A stretch of DNA of 61,606 bases, filler included. It is 6 parts of 6 records of this genome, joined end to end, with 100 filler letters (N's around TTAATTAATTAA, not from the genome) between each part and the next. Parts side by side here need not be neighbours in the genome. Positions count along the whole stretch, not along the records: positions 36,554 to 47,694 come from DRR723986_13242; positions 47,795 to 55,225 come from DRR723986_13251; positions 55,326 to 61,606 come from DRR723986_13270; 3 more parts are not named here. One strand, 5' to 3'. Position numbers and translations under genes: made by a program. This document shows positions 47,079-56,984 of the stretch, in pieces; positions within the stretch are counted from its first letter, which is position 1, and every line of letters begins with the position of its first letter. The notes under the pieces are model-generated. The model made no database searches and was not told the origin of the DNA. It saw only the letters and a list, made by a program, of their open reading frames with translations.

Positions 47079-47694
47079 TTAGGCCGCGCTTTCCTCAATG
47101 CGCCGTTTCCGGCGCATCTGGATCAGATACACAAAGCCCAACAACAAGAACGCAGGGAAATAGAACACTTCCTTGCGGATCCGATCCGCCTTGATGTCCA
47201 GCTCAACGATTTCCCAATCAAAGTCGATCCCGAGCTGTTCTGCTGCACCACCAAATTCAAGGTTGTCGATAAAGAACTTCCCGTCCTCCTCACGCAGCTC
47301 AATGCCAGCTCCGTTCAGCAAACGCCCGGCGCCATCTTCACCCATTGGGCCAAGCGGCAACAGATATTTCGCATCGACGGCTTTACCATTCAGGTCCTCG
47401 CCCATCAGACGCACACGCAGGCTGGTATCATCTGCGCTCTGCTCTGCCATCTGGTAGATCGACGTCGCTGGCATCGCCTCAAATTCAGGCGCGATCTGAT
47501 TCAGGAAGAAACCCGGCCGGAACAGCGTAAAGGCCACCAGAACCAAGGCGACGCTTTCCCAAAGCCGCGACCGGGTCATGAAATACCCCATCGTGCCCGC
47601 CGCAAACAACAGCATCGCAATCAACGCCACGATAAAGACAAACACCGCCTGTATCGGCCCCACGTCAATCAACAACAGATCGGTGTTGAAGATG
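47079..47694 (-). CDS. TRAP transporter fused permease (4TM/12TM, DUF3394 C-terminus), 3' part
   Basis: IFNTDLLLI, TLFRPGFF, FGGAAEQLGIDFDWEI, KEVFYFPA. Confidence 0.88.
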
Positions 47695-47795
47695 NNNNNN
47701 NNNNNNNNNNNNNNNNNNNNNNNNNNNNNNNNNNNNNNTTAATTAATTAANNNNNNNNNNNNNNNNNNNNNNNNNNNNNNNNNNNNNNNNNNNNC

Positions 47796-48464
47796 GACTG
47801 CATCGACTGCATGGCCTGCGTCAACGTTTGCCCCATGGGCATCGACATCCGCGATGGCCAGCAGATGGAATGCATCACCTGCGCCCTGTGTATCGACGCC
47901 TGTGACGAGATCATGGACAAGATCGGCAAGCCGCGCGGTTTGATCGATTATCTTGCGCTCGAAGATGTGCCCCCCGCCAAGGCAGACCCCGAATATCAAA
48001 GCTGGAAGCCCAAACCGGTCTGGCAGCATGTGTTCCGCACCCGCACCATCCTCTACACCGCCTTGTGGTCGATCGTGGGCCTTGGGTTGCTCTTTGCCCT
48101 GTTCATCCGGTCGGACATCGAACTGACGGTCTCTCCGGTGCGCAATCCAACCTATGTGACCCAATCAGACGGGTCGATCCGCAACATTTATGACGTGCGC
48201 CTGCGCAACAAATCCGGCGATGACCGCCTGTTCCATTTGTCGCTGACCTCGGAAGAGACCCTGCGCATCAACCTTGAAGGCAGCGAGACCCTCAGTGTAG
48301 AAGTACCCGCAGACAGCACGATGTTGCAGCGCGTCTATGTCACTGCACGGCGGCAGGATCCGGCGGCCAGCAGCGACCGCACCGACTTGCGGATCTGGGT
48401 CGAGGATCTCGACACTCAAACCCGCGCCAGCACGGCAACGATCTTTAACGGGAAAGGCTCATGA
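47796..48464 (+). CDS. ccoG: cbb3 oxidase accessory ferredoxin-like protein, 3' part
   Basis: DCIDCMACVNVCPMGIDIRDGQQMECITCALCIDACD, DGSIRN.Y. Confidence 0.95.
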   Translation, partial: DCIDCMACVNVCPMGIDIRDGQQMECITCALCIDACDEIMDKIGKPRGLIDYLALEDVPPAKADPEYQSWKPKPVWQHVFRTRTILYTALWSIVGLGLLFALFIRSDIELTVSPVRNPTYVTQSDGSIRNIYDVRLRNKSGDDRLFHLSLTSEETLRINLEGSETLSVEVPADSTMLQRVYVTARRQDPAASSDRTDLRIWVEDLDTQTRASTATIFNGKGS

Positions 48465-48919
48465 TCATGAAGCGTACATTGAACGGCTGGCATGTCTTTG
48501 GCATTTTTGCAGGATGTTTTGCCGTGATCATCGGGGTGAACCTGACCCTTGCCTTTCAGGCGGTTTCGACCTTTCCGGGGTTGGTGACCAAAAACTCTTA
48601 TGTGTCCAGCCAACGGTTTGACGCCGACCGCGCTGCGCAAAATGCTCTGGCATGGGACGTTTCTGCCGAGATCGCCGATCAGAAGCTGATCCTGACCGTG
48701 CTGGACCGGGACGGTGTGGCTTTTGAACCAGCAGTGGTCAAAGCCACGCTGGGCCGAGCCACCCATGTGGCCGAAGATGTGACCCCGGCCTTTGTCTGGG
48801 ATGGCAGCGCCTTGGTGGCCGATGTCGATGTGCCAGCGGGCTATTGGACGCTGTGGCTGAACATGACAGCCGAGGACGGCACCGAATTCCGCCGCCGTAT
48901 CCCGATCACGGCGCGATAG
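48461..48919 (+). CDS. fixH: FixH family protein
   Basis: FAVIIGVN..A..TFPGLVTKNSYVSSQ.F; position within fixGHIS. Confidence 0.92.
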   Translation: MIMKRTLNGWHVFGIFAGCFAVIIGVNLTLAFQAVSTFPGLVTKNSYVSSQRFDADRAAQNALAWDVSAEIADQKLILTVLDRDGVAFEPAVVKATLGRATHVAEDVTPAFVWDGSALVADVDVPAGYWTLWLNMTAEDGTEFRRRIPITAR

Positions 48920-48928
48920 GAAACGCTC

Positions 48929-51121
48929 ATGTCATTGGCCGAAACCCCTCATTTGGCTGCCTGTCCGGGTTGCGTTGCAGGCCCCCTGCCCGCCGCCGCC
49001 CAAAGCGATGCAGCGGGCGATATTTTTCATTTGTCCCTGCCGTCGATCCATTGTGCGGCATGCATTTCAACAGTGGAACGCGGGCTTTTGGGCCGCGCCG
49101 ATGTGCATTCCGCCCGTGTGAACCTGAACCGCAAACAGGTGACGATCACAGCCGAACACGGCACGATGCCCGAAGACCTGATTGATCAGCTGACCGATCT
49201 GGGGATTGAGGCGCATATCCTTGATCTGGATGCTTTGGGGCAAGACGGCGACCGAGAGGGCCGCGCCTTGCTGATCCGCATCGCCATCGCGGGCTTTGCC
49301 ATGATGAATGTTATGCTGATGTCGGTGGCGGTCTGGTCCGGTGCCACGGATGCAACCCGAACACTGTTCCATTGGCTGTCTGCGGCGATCTCGCTGCCTG
49401 CCTTGGGATATGCCGCGCAGCCATTTTTCCGCCATGCCTGGACCGCCCTGCGGGTGGGCCGCCTGAATATGGATGTGCCGATTTCGCTGGCGCTGATCCT
49501 GACGGCGGCGATGTCGCTTTATGAGACAGCCGCAGGCGGGCATACCGCCTATTTCGATGCGACGCTGTCGCTGACCTGTTTTCTGCTGATCGGCCGATAC
49601 CTTGATCACCGCTGCCGCGCCACGGCGCGTTCTGCGGCCAAGGAACTGGCTGCGCTCGAAGTGCCGCGCATCCTGCGCAAAACCGCAGAGGGGCGTGAAA
49701 CCATCAACCTCAGCCAAGCGCAGGTGGGTGATCCGATCATCGTTTTGCCCGGCGCACGGGTGCCTGTAGACGGCGAGGTGATCGACGGGGTCAGCAACAT
49801 CGACCGCGCCCTGTTGACCGGAGAAAGCCTGCCGGTGGCGGCCAATGTCGGCGTTCAGGTCAGCGCGGGCGAAGTGAACCTGAGCGGGCCTTTGACGATC
49901 CGCGCCACGGCTGTGGGCGAAGACACCAGCCTGCGCCGCATGGTCACGATGATCGACGCGGCGGAATCGGCGCGCAACCGCTATACCGCGCTGGCCGACC
50001 GGGCCGCCGCGATCTATGCCCCGGCGGTGCATTTGCTGGCCCTAATGACCTTTGCTGCCTGGATCACCTACACCGGTGATTTCCGTCATTCGCTGAATAT
50101 CGCGGTGGCGGTTCTGATCATCACCTGCCCCTGTGCCCTGGGGCTGGCGGTGCCTGCGGTCTCCACTGCTGCGGCAAGCCGGTTGTTCCGGTCCGGCCTG
50201 TTGGTCAAGAACGGCACCGCCATGGAACGGATTGCCGAAACGGACGTGGTGGTATTTGACAAGACCGGCACCTTGACCGAAGGCCAGCTTGAGGTTGGCG
50301 CGGTTGAGACCCTGCCGGACACCACCCGCGCCATTGCGCTGGGGCTGGCGCAATCCTCGACCCATCCGATTTCCCGCGCTTTGGCGTTGGGCTTTGAAAC
50401 CCTTGGCACCAAAGCTGCCATTCTGACCGATGTAGCCGAACACCCCGGCAAAGGCGTTTCCGCCCAGATCAACGGGCAAGCCGTCAAGCTGGGCGCGGAT
50501 CACTTTGTCGGTGCGCAGCCAGAGGGCGGCCATGGTGCATGGTTGCAAATCGGTGATGACGCGCCGGTGTTCCTGCCCCTGCAAGCAACCCTGCGCAAGG
50601 GTGCCGAGGACATGGTGGCAGAGCTGCGCAAAAGCCGCACCGAGATGCACCTGATCTCTGGCGACACCGCCGCCGCGACCGATGCGGTGGCTCAGGCGCT
50701 TGGCATCGACCATGTTCATGCGGGGCAAAGCCCGGCGGACAAGATCGCCTATCTGAACGGATTGACGGAGAACGGCAGCAAGGTTCTGATGGTTGGTGAC
50801 GGCCTCAATGACACAGGTGCCTTGGCCGCCGCCTATGCCTCTGTCGCGCCAGCGGCGGCGGCGGATGCGGCGCGGGCAGCATCGGATGTGGTGATGCTGG
50901 GCGATACGCTGGCCGCCCTGCCTGAATTGATCACAACATCGCGCAGCGCCAAGCGGCGCATTCTGGAAAATTTCGGCATCGCCGCAGCCTACAACGCCTT
51001 GGTGATCCCCTTTGCCATGGCTGGGTTTGTCACGCCGCTGCTGGCGGCGATTGCCATGTCCAGCTCATCTATCGTGGTCTTGCTGAACGCGATGCGGCTG
51101 CAACGGAGGCGCAAGGCATGA
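48929..51121 (+). CDS. fixI: Copper-translocating P1B-type ATPase
   Basis: HCAAC, TGES, CPCALGLA, DKTGTLT, HP, GDGLND. Confidence 0.95.
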   Translation: MSLAETPHLAACPGCVAGPLPAAAQSDAAGDIFHLSLPSIHCAACISTVERGLLGRADVHSARVNLNRKQVTITAEHGTMPEDLIDQLTDLGIEAHILDLDALGQDGDREGRALLIRIAIAGFAMMNVMLMSVAVWSGATDATRTLFHWLSAAISLPALGYAAQPFFRHAWTALRVGRLNMDVPISLALILTAAMSLYETAAGGHTAYFDATLSLTCFLLIGRYLDHRCRATARSAAKELAALEVPRILRKTAEGRETINLSQAQVGDPIIVLPGARVPVDGEVIDGVSNIDRALLTGESLPVAANVGVQVSAGEVNLSGPLTIRATAVGEDTSLRRMVTMIDAAESARNRYTALADRAAAIYAPAVHLLALMTFAAWITYTGDFRHSLNIAVAVLIITCPCALGLAVPAVSTAAASRLFRSGLLVKNGTAMERIAETDVVVFDKTGTLTEGQLEVGAVETLPDTTRAIALGLAQSSTHPISRALALGFETLGTKAAILTDVAEHPGKGVSAQINGQAVKLGADHFVGAQPEGGHGAWLQIGDDAPVFLPLQATLRKGAEDMVAELRKSRTEMHLISGDTAAATDAVAQALGIDHVHAGQSPADKIAYLNGLTENGSKVLMVGDGLNDTGALAAAYASVAPAAAADAARAASDVVMLGDTLAALPELITTSRSAKRRILENFGIAAAYNALVIPFAMAGFVTPLLAAIAMSSSSIVVLLNAMRLQRRRKA

Positions 51122-51318
51122 ATATTCTGTCTATCCTGATCCCTGTATCGCTGGGCCTTGGCGGCCTTGGCCTGCTCGCCTTTGTCTGGAGCCTGCGGGC
51201 CGATCAATACGACGATCTGGACGGTGCGGCATGGCGTGTCCTTTTGGATGACGAAACCGCGCCAGTTGATCTTGATCAAAGACAGCCCGAGGAAAGCGAT
51301 TCAAAAAAGTCCTCATGA
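51118..51318 (+). CDS. ccoS: cbb3-type cytochrome oxidase maturation protein
   Basis: LIPVSL..AFVWSL..QYDDLDGAA.RVLLDD. Confidence 0.92.
   Translation: MNILSILIPVSLGLGGLGLLAFVWSLRADQYDDLDGAAWRVLLDDETAPVDLDQRQPEESDSKKSS
51266..51279. promoter_or_regulatory. Perfect FNR/FnrL box inside the ccoS 3' end, upstream of hemN
   Basis: TTGAT-CTTG-ATCAA. Confidence 0.8.
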
Positions 51319-52667
51319 TGGATTTTGACACACTCAAGGCCCGTGGCCTTTTTGACCAGCGCCTGCCCCGATACACCAGCTATCCGCCGGCCCCTGCGTT
51401 TCATGACGGCATCGGCGCCGATTTTCAGGCCAAGGCGCTTGCGGCGCTGGACCCGGATGAGCCGATCTCGCTTTATTTGCATATCCCGTTTTGCGAACGC
51501 CTGTGCTGGTTCTGCGCCTGCCGGACGCAAGGGGTCAGCAGTCTGGCGCCCGTACAGCACTATGTCGCCACACTTGAGGCTGAACTGGCCGTGGTGGCCA
51601 AACATCTGAAGGGCAAGCAGCGCGTCAAACAGATGCACTGGGGCGGCGGCACACCGACGATCCTGCCGCCAGAGCTAATCGAACGGCTGGTCGAGGCGAT
51701 TGATGGCGTGTTCCAACGCGATGAAAACACCGAGTTTTCAGTCGAGATTGACCCGACCTTGGTGGATGCAGACAAGATCACCGCGCTGCGGGCGGCTGGT
51801 ATGTCTCGGGCCAGCATCGGGGTGCAGGATTTTGCAACTCAGGTGCAGGAATCCATTGGCCGGTTGCAAAGCTACGACCAAACCAAAACCGCCGTGGATC
51901 TGCTGCGAAAGGCAGGCATTGCCTCGCTCAACATTGATCTGGTTTACGGGTTGCCGTTTCAATCCGTCGAAGGGTTCGGGCGGACGCTGGATCAGGTGAT
52001 GTCACTTGATCCCGACCGGATCGCGCTCTTTGGCTATGCCCATGTGCCGCATATGGCCAAACGCCAACAGCTGATCCCTGAACAGGCGCTGCCGGATGAT
52101 CGCGCCCGATTTGCCCTGTTCAACCACGCAACGGATGTTTTGACCGGATCGGGCATGACCGCCATCGGGATCGACCATTTTGCCAAACCCACGGACAAAA
52201 TGGCGATTGCCGCAGCGGAGGGCAATCTGCGGCGCAATTTCCAAGGTTACACCGTTGATGGCTGTGGAACATTGCTGGGTCTGGGGGCCTCTTCCATTTC
52301 GCGTTTCGAAAATGGCTTTAGCCAGAACACACCGCAGACCGGCCCCTATTCCAAGATTGTGCGCGGCGGAGAACTGTCCACCGCACGCGGCTATGAACTG
52401 ACTGGAGAAGACAAGCTGCGCAGCCGGATCATTGAAATGCTGATGTGCGATTATGCCATTGATTACAGAGAATTGGCGCTGACAAACGCGCAACAGGCCA
52501 TGCTGGCCCCGGCGTTTATGGCGCTGCGGGCGGAATGTGCGGGTCTTTATACGGAGGACGCCGACCGTTTGTCATTGTCGGTTGAGGCACGCCCCCTGGT
52601 GCGCCGTTTGGCACATTTCTTTGATACGTTCACCATGGGCAACGTGGGATATTCGCGGGTCTCCTGA
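51315..52667 (+). CDS. hemN: Oxygen-independent coproporphyrinogen III oxidase
   Basis: PRYTSYP, YLHIPFCERLCWFCAC radical-SAM motif, GGGTPT, IGIDHF, RNFQGY. Confidence 0.95.
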   Translation: MMDFDTLKARGLFDQRLPRYTSYPPAPAFHDGIGADFQAKALAALDPDEPISLYLHIPFCERLCWFCACRTQGVSSLAPVQHYVATLEAELAVVAKHLKGKQRVKQMHWGGGTPTILPPELIERLVEAIDGVFQRDENTEFSVEIDPTLVDADKITALRAAGMSRASIGVQDFATQVQESIGRLQSYDQTKTAVDLLRKAGIASLNIDLVYGLPFQSVEGFGRTLDQVMSLDPDRIALFGYAHVPHMAKRQQLIPEQALPDDRARFALFNHATDVLTGSGMTAIGIDHFAKPTDKMAIAAAEGNLRRNFQGYTVDGCGTLLGLGASSISRFENGFSQNTPQTGPYSKIVRGGELSTARGYELTGEDKLRSRIIEMLMCDYAIDYRELALTNAQQAMLAPAFMALRAECAGLYTEDADRLSLSVEARPLVRRLAHFFDTFTMGNVGYSRVS

Positions 52668-52700
52668 GGCACTCTTGGGCTTTCGCGGCAAGGGCATTGC

Positions 52701-55223
52701 TCAGGCCGCGAAAGGATCATCAAGCACCCCGATGAGCGGCATCAGGAAATCCCCGTTTTCCGCATCCAGCGCATCTGCAAAGAATGCCTCAATTGCATCT
52801 GTTGAGGCCTCGATGCCCGCCGCTGTGCCATCAAACAGCGCCATTGCTGCGGCGGCCTCTTGCACGTCAGACATGCCTTTGTGAACGGCGAAATAGGCGC
52901 CGATATCGGTTTTGTCCTCAAGATACTGTTGGTCCTCGGCCTGTTGCGCGATGAAATCTGCACTGGCGTCCACCGGGGCATCAGCCCGCGCGCCGCGCAG
53001 AACCTCAAGGATGAAGTCCGCCCGCTGAACTGATCCGTCATCCAGGAGCCCAACCCAAAAGTTCAGGCCAGCCACATCCGGTGTCCGCCCAAGAACATTG
53101 TTGTAAACAGTTTCGGCAAATTCCAGATTTGAGGTGCCAGCCGGATAAGCCGCACGGGTTTCATCCTGATCGATGAACAGCTTTGCCATGTCATCAAGCG
53201 TTGTTCCTTCGGCAAAGGCAGTGCCCCAGAAAAACAGCCCCACCGCATCCGGGGCGCGGTTGAAATATGCGATATAGAGCTCGATCACGCTTTCCATCTG
53301 GTCTGCGCTCAGGGCGGCAGGTCCGGCAAAGGCCCGCAGGTCCATGTCATTGCCATCAAACAGCGGTATGGTGCTGTCAAACCTCAGAAATTCGATGTCT
53401 TGCAGGGTATCCGTGCCGTTGCCGTCCACAGTGCGGTCGGCCAGAACCATGCCACTGCGGCTGATGGTAAGGGTGTGGCTTTGTTGCGCGCCTGCAAATT
53501 GGGCCGTGTCCACCCCTGCACCGCCGTTCAGGTCGTCATCGCCCTGCCCGCCGTTCAATGTGTCATCGCCCGCACCGCCTGATACGTCATCAGGGCCGGT
53601 GCTGCCGGTCAGGGTATCATCGGTCGGGCCACCTTCGATCTGGTTTTTGACAAGCGGGCCAATAGGGCCAAAGCTGGCACTGGTCAGGGTTTCCTCGGTG
53701 CCATGACCGTCAGTATAGACAATCCGCGCTTCGATAAAGGCATCCAGATCGGCGGGGGTGAGCGTGTATTCGGCAGCCTCCGCGCCAGCGATCACCGTTC
53801 CGTCGCGCAGCCAGACATAGGCGAAGCCGCCCAATCCGTCTGCGTCTGCCACAGCGCTTGCATCAATGCTGAGCGTTTTGCCCACTTCGGCCGTTCCGGT
53901 CACGACCAGTGCCCCTGTGGGCAAGTCATTGCGGTTTGCAACCGCGCCACTGCTCGGCGAAGTCAGGACTTCTGTTGTGCCAAATCCGTCTTCATAGGTG
54001 ATCTGCACATGGATTTCGGCGCCGACGTCCGCTGCGCCCAGATGATAGGTTGCGGTTTCGACCCCTGTCTGTTCCACACCATCACGGAACCAGACAAAGC
54101 TGAACGGGCCGATCCCGTCAGCATCGGTGATCCCTGACGTATCCGCAAACAGGGCGCTGCCCTCTTTGGCCATTCCGGTCAGAGTCACGGCACCAACTGG
54201 CGCGTCGTTCAGGTTTTGAACAGGCGTTGTGGCCGCTGATGTAACGGTCTCGGCTGTGCCTTGGCCGTCCGTGAAGCTCACCTGCACTTGCAACTCTTTG
54301 CCAATATCGGCGGCGGTCAAACCATAGCTTGCCGCAGTCCGGCCCGGCACTTCCGCGCCATCGCGGAGCCAGACAAAGGCAAATGAGCCCAATCCGTCCA
54401 AATCCGCGAGCGCATCCGTTTGGGCGGTCAAGGTGCTGCCTTCTTGCAATGTGCCCAAGACATGGACCGTACCGGTTACCGGATCATTCACATTTTCAAT
54501 CAGGTCCGTTGCGCCAGACGTCACAGCCTCGGCACTGCCGTATTGATCATCAAAGAACACTCTTACAGATAAGGCGCTGCCGATGTCGGCGGCGACAAGC
54601 GTATATTCGGCCTCTGTTGCGCCAGTGAGCGCAACGCCATCGCGCAGCCATTGGTAGTGGAACGGGCCAAGCCCGTCCGGGTCGCTGAGCCCGCTGGCAT
54701 CTGCGGTCAATGTCGCGCCTTCTTTGGCCTCGCCGTAGATCGCAACCGCACCTGTCACGGGATCGTTGGTGTTTGTCACCGGGCCGGTTGGTTCAGCCAG
54801 CAAAACCTCGCTTGCGCCAAAGCCGTCGGTGAAATCCAGACGGGCGGAGATAACCTTGCCAATGTCGGCGGCGGTCAGGCCATAGGCAGTGCCGGTGACG
54901 CCGGTCTCCAGTCCATCGGCAATCCAGGTGATTGTGGATGTGCCCAGACCATCGTCATCGGCCAGATCGTTGACTGCGGCGGTTAATGTACCGCCCTCAA
55001 TGGCGGTGCCTGTGATGGTCAGCGTGCCTGTGGCCGGATCATTTTGGTTTTCAACAGCAGCGGTTGCGCCGCTGATCACGGTTTCAACGCTGCCTTGCCC
55101 GTCGGTATATGTCACGCGAACCTGCAAGGGGGCACCGACATCCGCCTGCACAGGCGTGTATTGCACCCCAGTCGCGCCAGCGATCTCCGTTTCACCGCGC
55201 AGCCATTGATAGGAAAACGCGCC
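52701..55223 (-). CDS. Large repetitive secreted/surface protein (Ig-like repeats, RTX nonapeptides, DUF4214), 5' truncated
   Basis: Five complete 92-93 aa repeats plus a partial one, GGAGDDTLNGGQGDDDLNGGAG, LYIAYFNRAPD.GL.FW and VYNNVLGRTPD.GL.FW; frame open to the contig end. Confidence 0.9.
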   Translation of the reverse strand, partial: GAFSYQWLRGETEIAGATGVQYTPVQADVGAPLQVRVTYTDGQGSVETVISGATAAVENQNDPATGTLTITGTAIEGGTLTAAVNDLADDDGLGTSTITWIADGLETGVTGTAYGLTAADIGKVISARLDFTDGFGASEVLLAEPTGPVTNTNDPVTGAVAIYGEAKEGATLTADASGLSDPDGLGPFHYQWLRDGVALTGATEAEYTLVAADIGSALSVRVFFDDQYGSAEAVTSGATDLIENVNDPVTGTVHVLGTLQEGSTLTAQTDALADLDGLGSFAFVWLRDGAEVPGRTAASYGLTAADIGKELQVQVSFTDGQGTAETVTSAATTPVQNLNDAPVGAVTLTGMAKEGSALFADTSGITDADGIGPFSFVWFRDGVEQTGVETATYHLGAADVGAEIHVQITYEDGFGTTEVLTSPSSGAVANRNDLPTGALVVTGTAEVGKTLSIDASAVADADGLGGFAYVWLRDGTVIAGAEAAEYTLTPADLDAFIEARIVYTDGHGTEETLTSASFGPIGPLVKNQIEGGPTDDTLTGSTGPDDVSGGAGDDTLNGGQGDDDLNGGAGVDTAQFAGAQQSHTLTISRSGMVLADRTVDGNGTDTLQDIEFLRFDSTIPLFDGNDMDLRAFAGPAALSADQMESVIELYIAYFNRAPDAVGLFFWGTAFAEGTTLDDMAKLFIDQDETRAAYPAGTSNLEFAETVYNNVLGRTPDVAGLNFWVGLLDDGSVQRADFILEVLRGARADAPVDASADFIAQQAEDQQYLEDKTDIGAYFAVHKGMSDVQEAAAAMALFDGTAAGIEASTDAIEAFFADALDAENGDFLMPLIGVLDDPFAA

Positions 55224-55325
55224 CANNNNNNNNNNNNNNNNNNNNNNNNNNNNNNNNNNNNNNNNNNNNTTAATTAATTAANNNNNNNNNNNNNNNNNNN
55301 NNNNNNNNNNNNNNNNNNNNNNNNN

Positions 55326-55887
55326 CCCAGGGATGATGGGCAAGCTCTCCCGGTGCAGCCGGCTTGCCGTGCTGCCGGAAATAGGCTGGGCTACCGAAAA
55401 TACCCTGCTTGAGTACACCGAGCACCTCCTGGCGCAGCGCTGTCTCACCGGTCTCGCCCAGCCAGATACACACACCGTCCTCGACCGCTTCCGGCAGGTT
55501 CCTCTGGGTGTGAATCGCAACACGAAGGTCGTCATGGTCAGCCATAAAGGACTCAACCACCCCGGAAAACCAGCCACGCACAAAAGATTCGTGACAACGC
55601 AATTCCAGCTTGCCGGTTACCTCGGCTTTGAGTTCGTCCAGTGCCTCCCGCCCCTGCACCACCAACTCGAGAATGTCGTTGCAATAGCGGTAGAACACAC
55701 GCCCGGCATCGTTCGGCACGATCTTCCGGGATTGTCTCAGCAACAGTGGCTGCCCCACATTCTCCTCCAGTTGTCGAATCCGGCGGCTGAGAGTGGACTT
55801 GGGTAGTCCCAGATCCCGGGTACTGGCGGTCAGGCTGCCGGTGCGCACTACCGACACGAAAGCTTCCAGCTCCTGCAAGTCATACAT
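55326..55887 (-). CDS. LysR family regulator (CrgA-like), 3' truncated
   Basis: LEAFVSVV..GSLTA...LGLPKSTLSRRIRQLEE HTH. Confidence 0.92.
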
Positions 55888-55944
55888 GATTTGGTTCCAT
55901 TATTTGCAACTGACCGTTCCAATTTATCACTTTAAAACCTTAAC

Positions 55945-55963
55945 GAGAACCATTATCATTATT
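55945..55963. promoter_or_regulatory. Fur box
   Basis: Reverse complement AATAATGATAATGGTTCTC matches GATAATGATAATCATTATC at 15/19 by manual count; upstream of an iron ABC operon. Confidence 0.8.
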
Positions 55964-56016
55964 TTCCATTAAAATTTGCAAGCTATCTAACACCCCGCTG
56001 CCGGAGCGCACTGACC

Positions 56017-56976
56017 ATGACATGCCGCACTCTCACCCCCAGACAGACGCTTCTCCGATCCATTGCCGTACTGGCACTCTCCGCCATGGGCGCGGGTACC
56101 AGTCTCGCGGGTACCCGGTCTGTGGAAACGGCCTATGGCCCGGTAACGGTCAACGGCCAGCCAGAGCGAGTAGTCACACTGTACGAGGGGGCCCTGGACA
56201 CGACACTGGCTGTCGATGCCAACCCAGTGGGTGCTGTAATTACCCGTGGCGGCAGCGACGTTGCCGATTACATCAAGTCCCGGGCAGGCGATATCGCTAT
56301 TGTGGGCGCACCGGCCGAAACCAATATTGAAGCGGTTATCTCCGTCCGGCCCGATCTGATTCTGGCAGCACCGCGCACCAATGAGCAGCAATACCAGTTG
56401 CTGTCGCGGATCGCGCCGGTGATCGTGTCAGATGTTCCCATGTTCCAGCCGGACAGCTGGGAACGGGAAACCCGCCTGTTCGCCAAAGCCCTGGGGAAGG
56501 AAGAGGCCGCTGAGCAGGTGATTGCTAAAGTCGAATCCCGCATTGGCGAAGTGGCCGCCCTTGTGGAGGCTCGCATCCCGGAAGCCCAGCGAGATGCCAC
56601 CCTGGTTCGCTGGATGCCCCAGGGGCCACTGGTGATGGCGGAAGGCCTGTTCTCGGCCTCGATTCTTCAGGCAGTAGGCTTCCGGATAGATGACAATGAT
56701 CTGGTTAAAGAAGGTCGCCCCCATAGCGAACCACTGAGCCTGGAGAACCTGTCCAGCATGGACCAAAGCTGGGTATTCCTGGCGACACTGAATGAAGATG
56801 GCGACAAAGCACTGGAGGCAGCCCGCCAATCCGCGGCTTTTGCCCGCCTGGATGCAGTTGAACACGACCGGGTGATCACCGTCAGCGGGCAACTCTGGAC
56901 CAGCGCTACCGGACCTCTTGCGGTACTGGCCATTCTTGATGACATCGAAGCCGCGGTCACTGCCATTCAGCCCTGA
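56017..56976 (+). CDS. Iron-siderophore ABC transporter substrate-binding protein
   Basis: Signal peptide, PERVVTL, NIEAVISVRPDLIL, LSRIAP, SLENL. Confidence 0.9.
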   Translation: MTCRTLTPRQTLLRSIAVLALSAMGAGTSLAGTRSVETAYGPVTVNGQPERVVTLYEGALDTTLAVDANPVGAVITRGGSDVADYIKSRAGDIAIVGAPAETNIEAVISVRPDLILAAPRTNEQQYQLLSRIAPVIVSDVPMFQPDSWERETRLFAKALGKEEAAEQVIAKVESRIGEVAALVEARIPEAQRDATLVRWMPQGPLVMAEGLFSASILQAVGFRIDDNDLVKEGRPHSEPLSLENLSSMDQSWVFLATLNEDGDKALEAARQSAAFARLDAVEHDRVITVSGQLWTSATGPLAVLAILDDIEAAVTAIQP

Positions 56977-56984
56977 AGCGCCCA

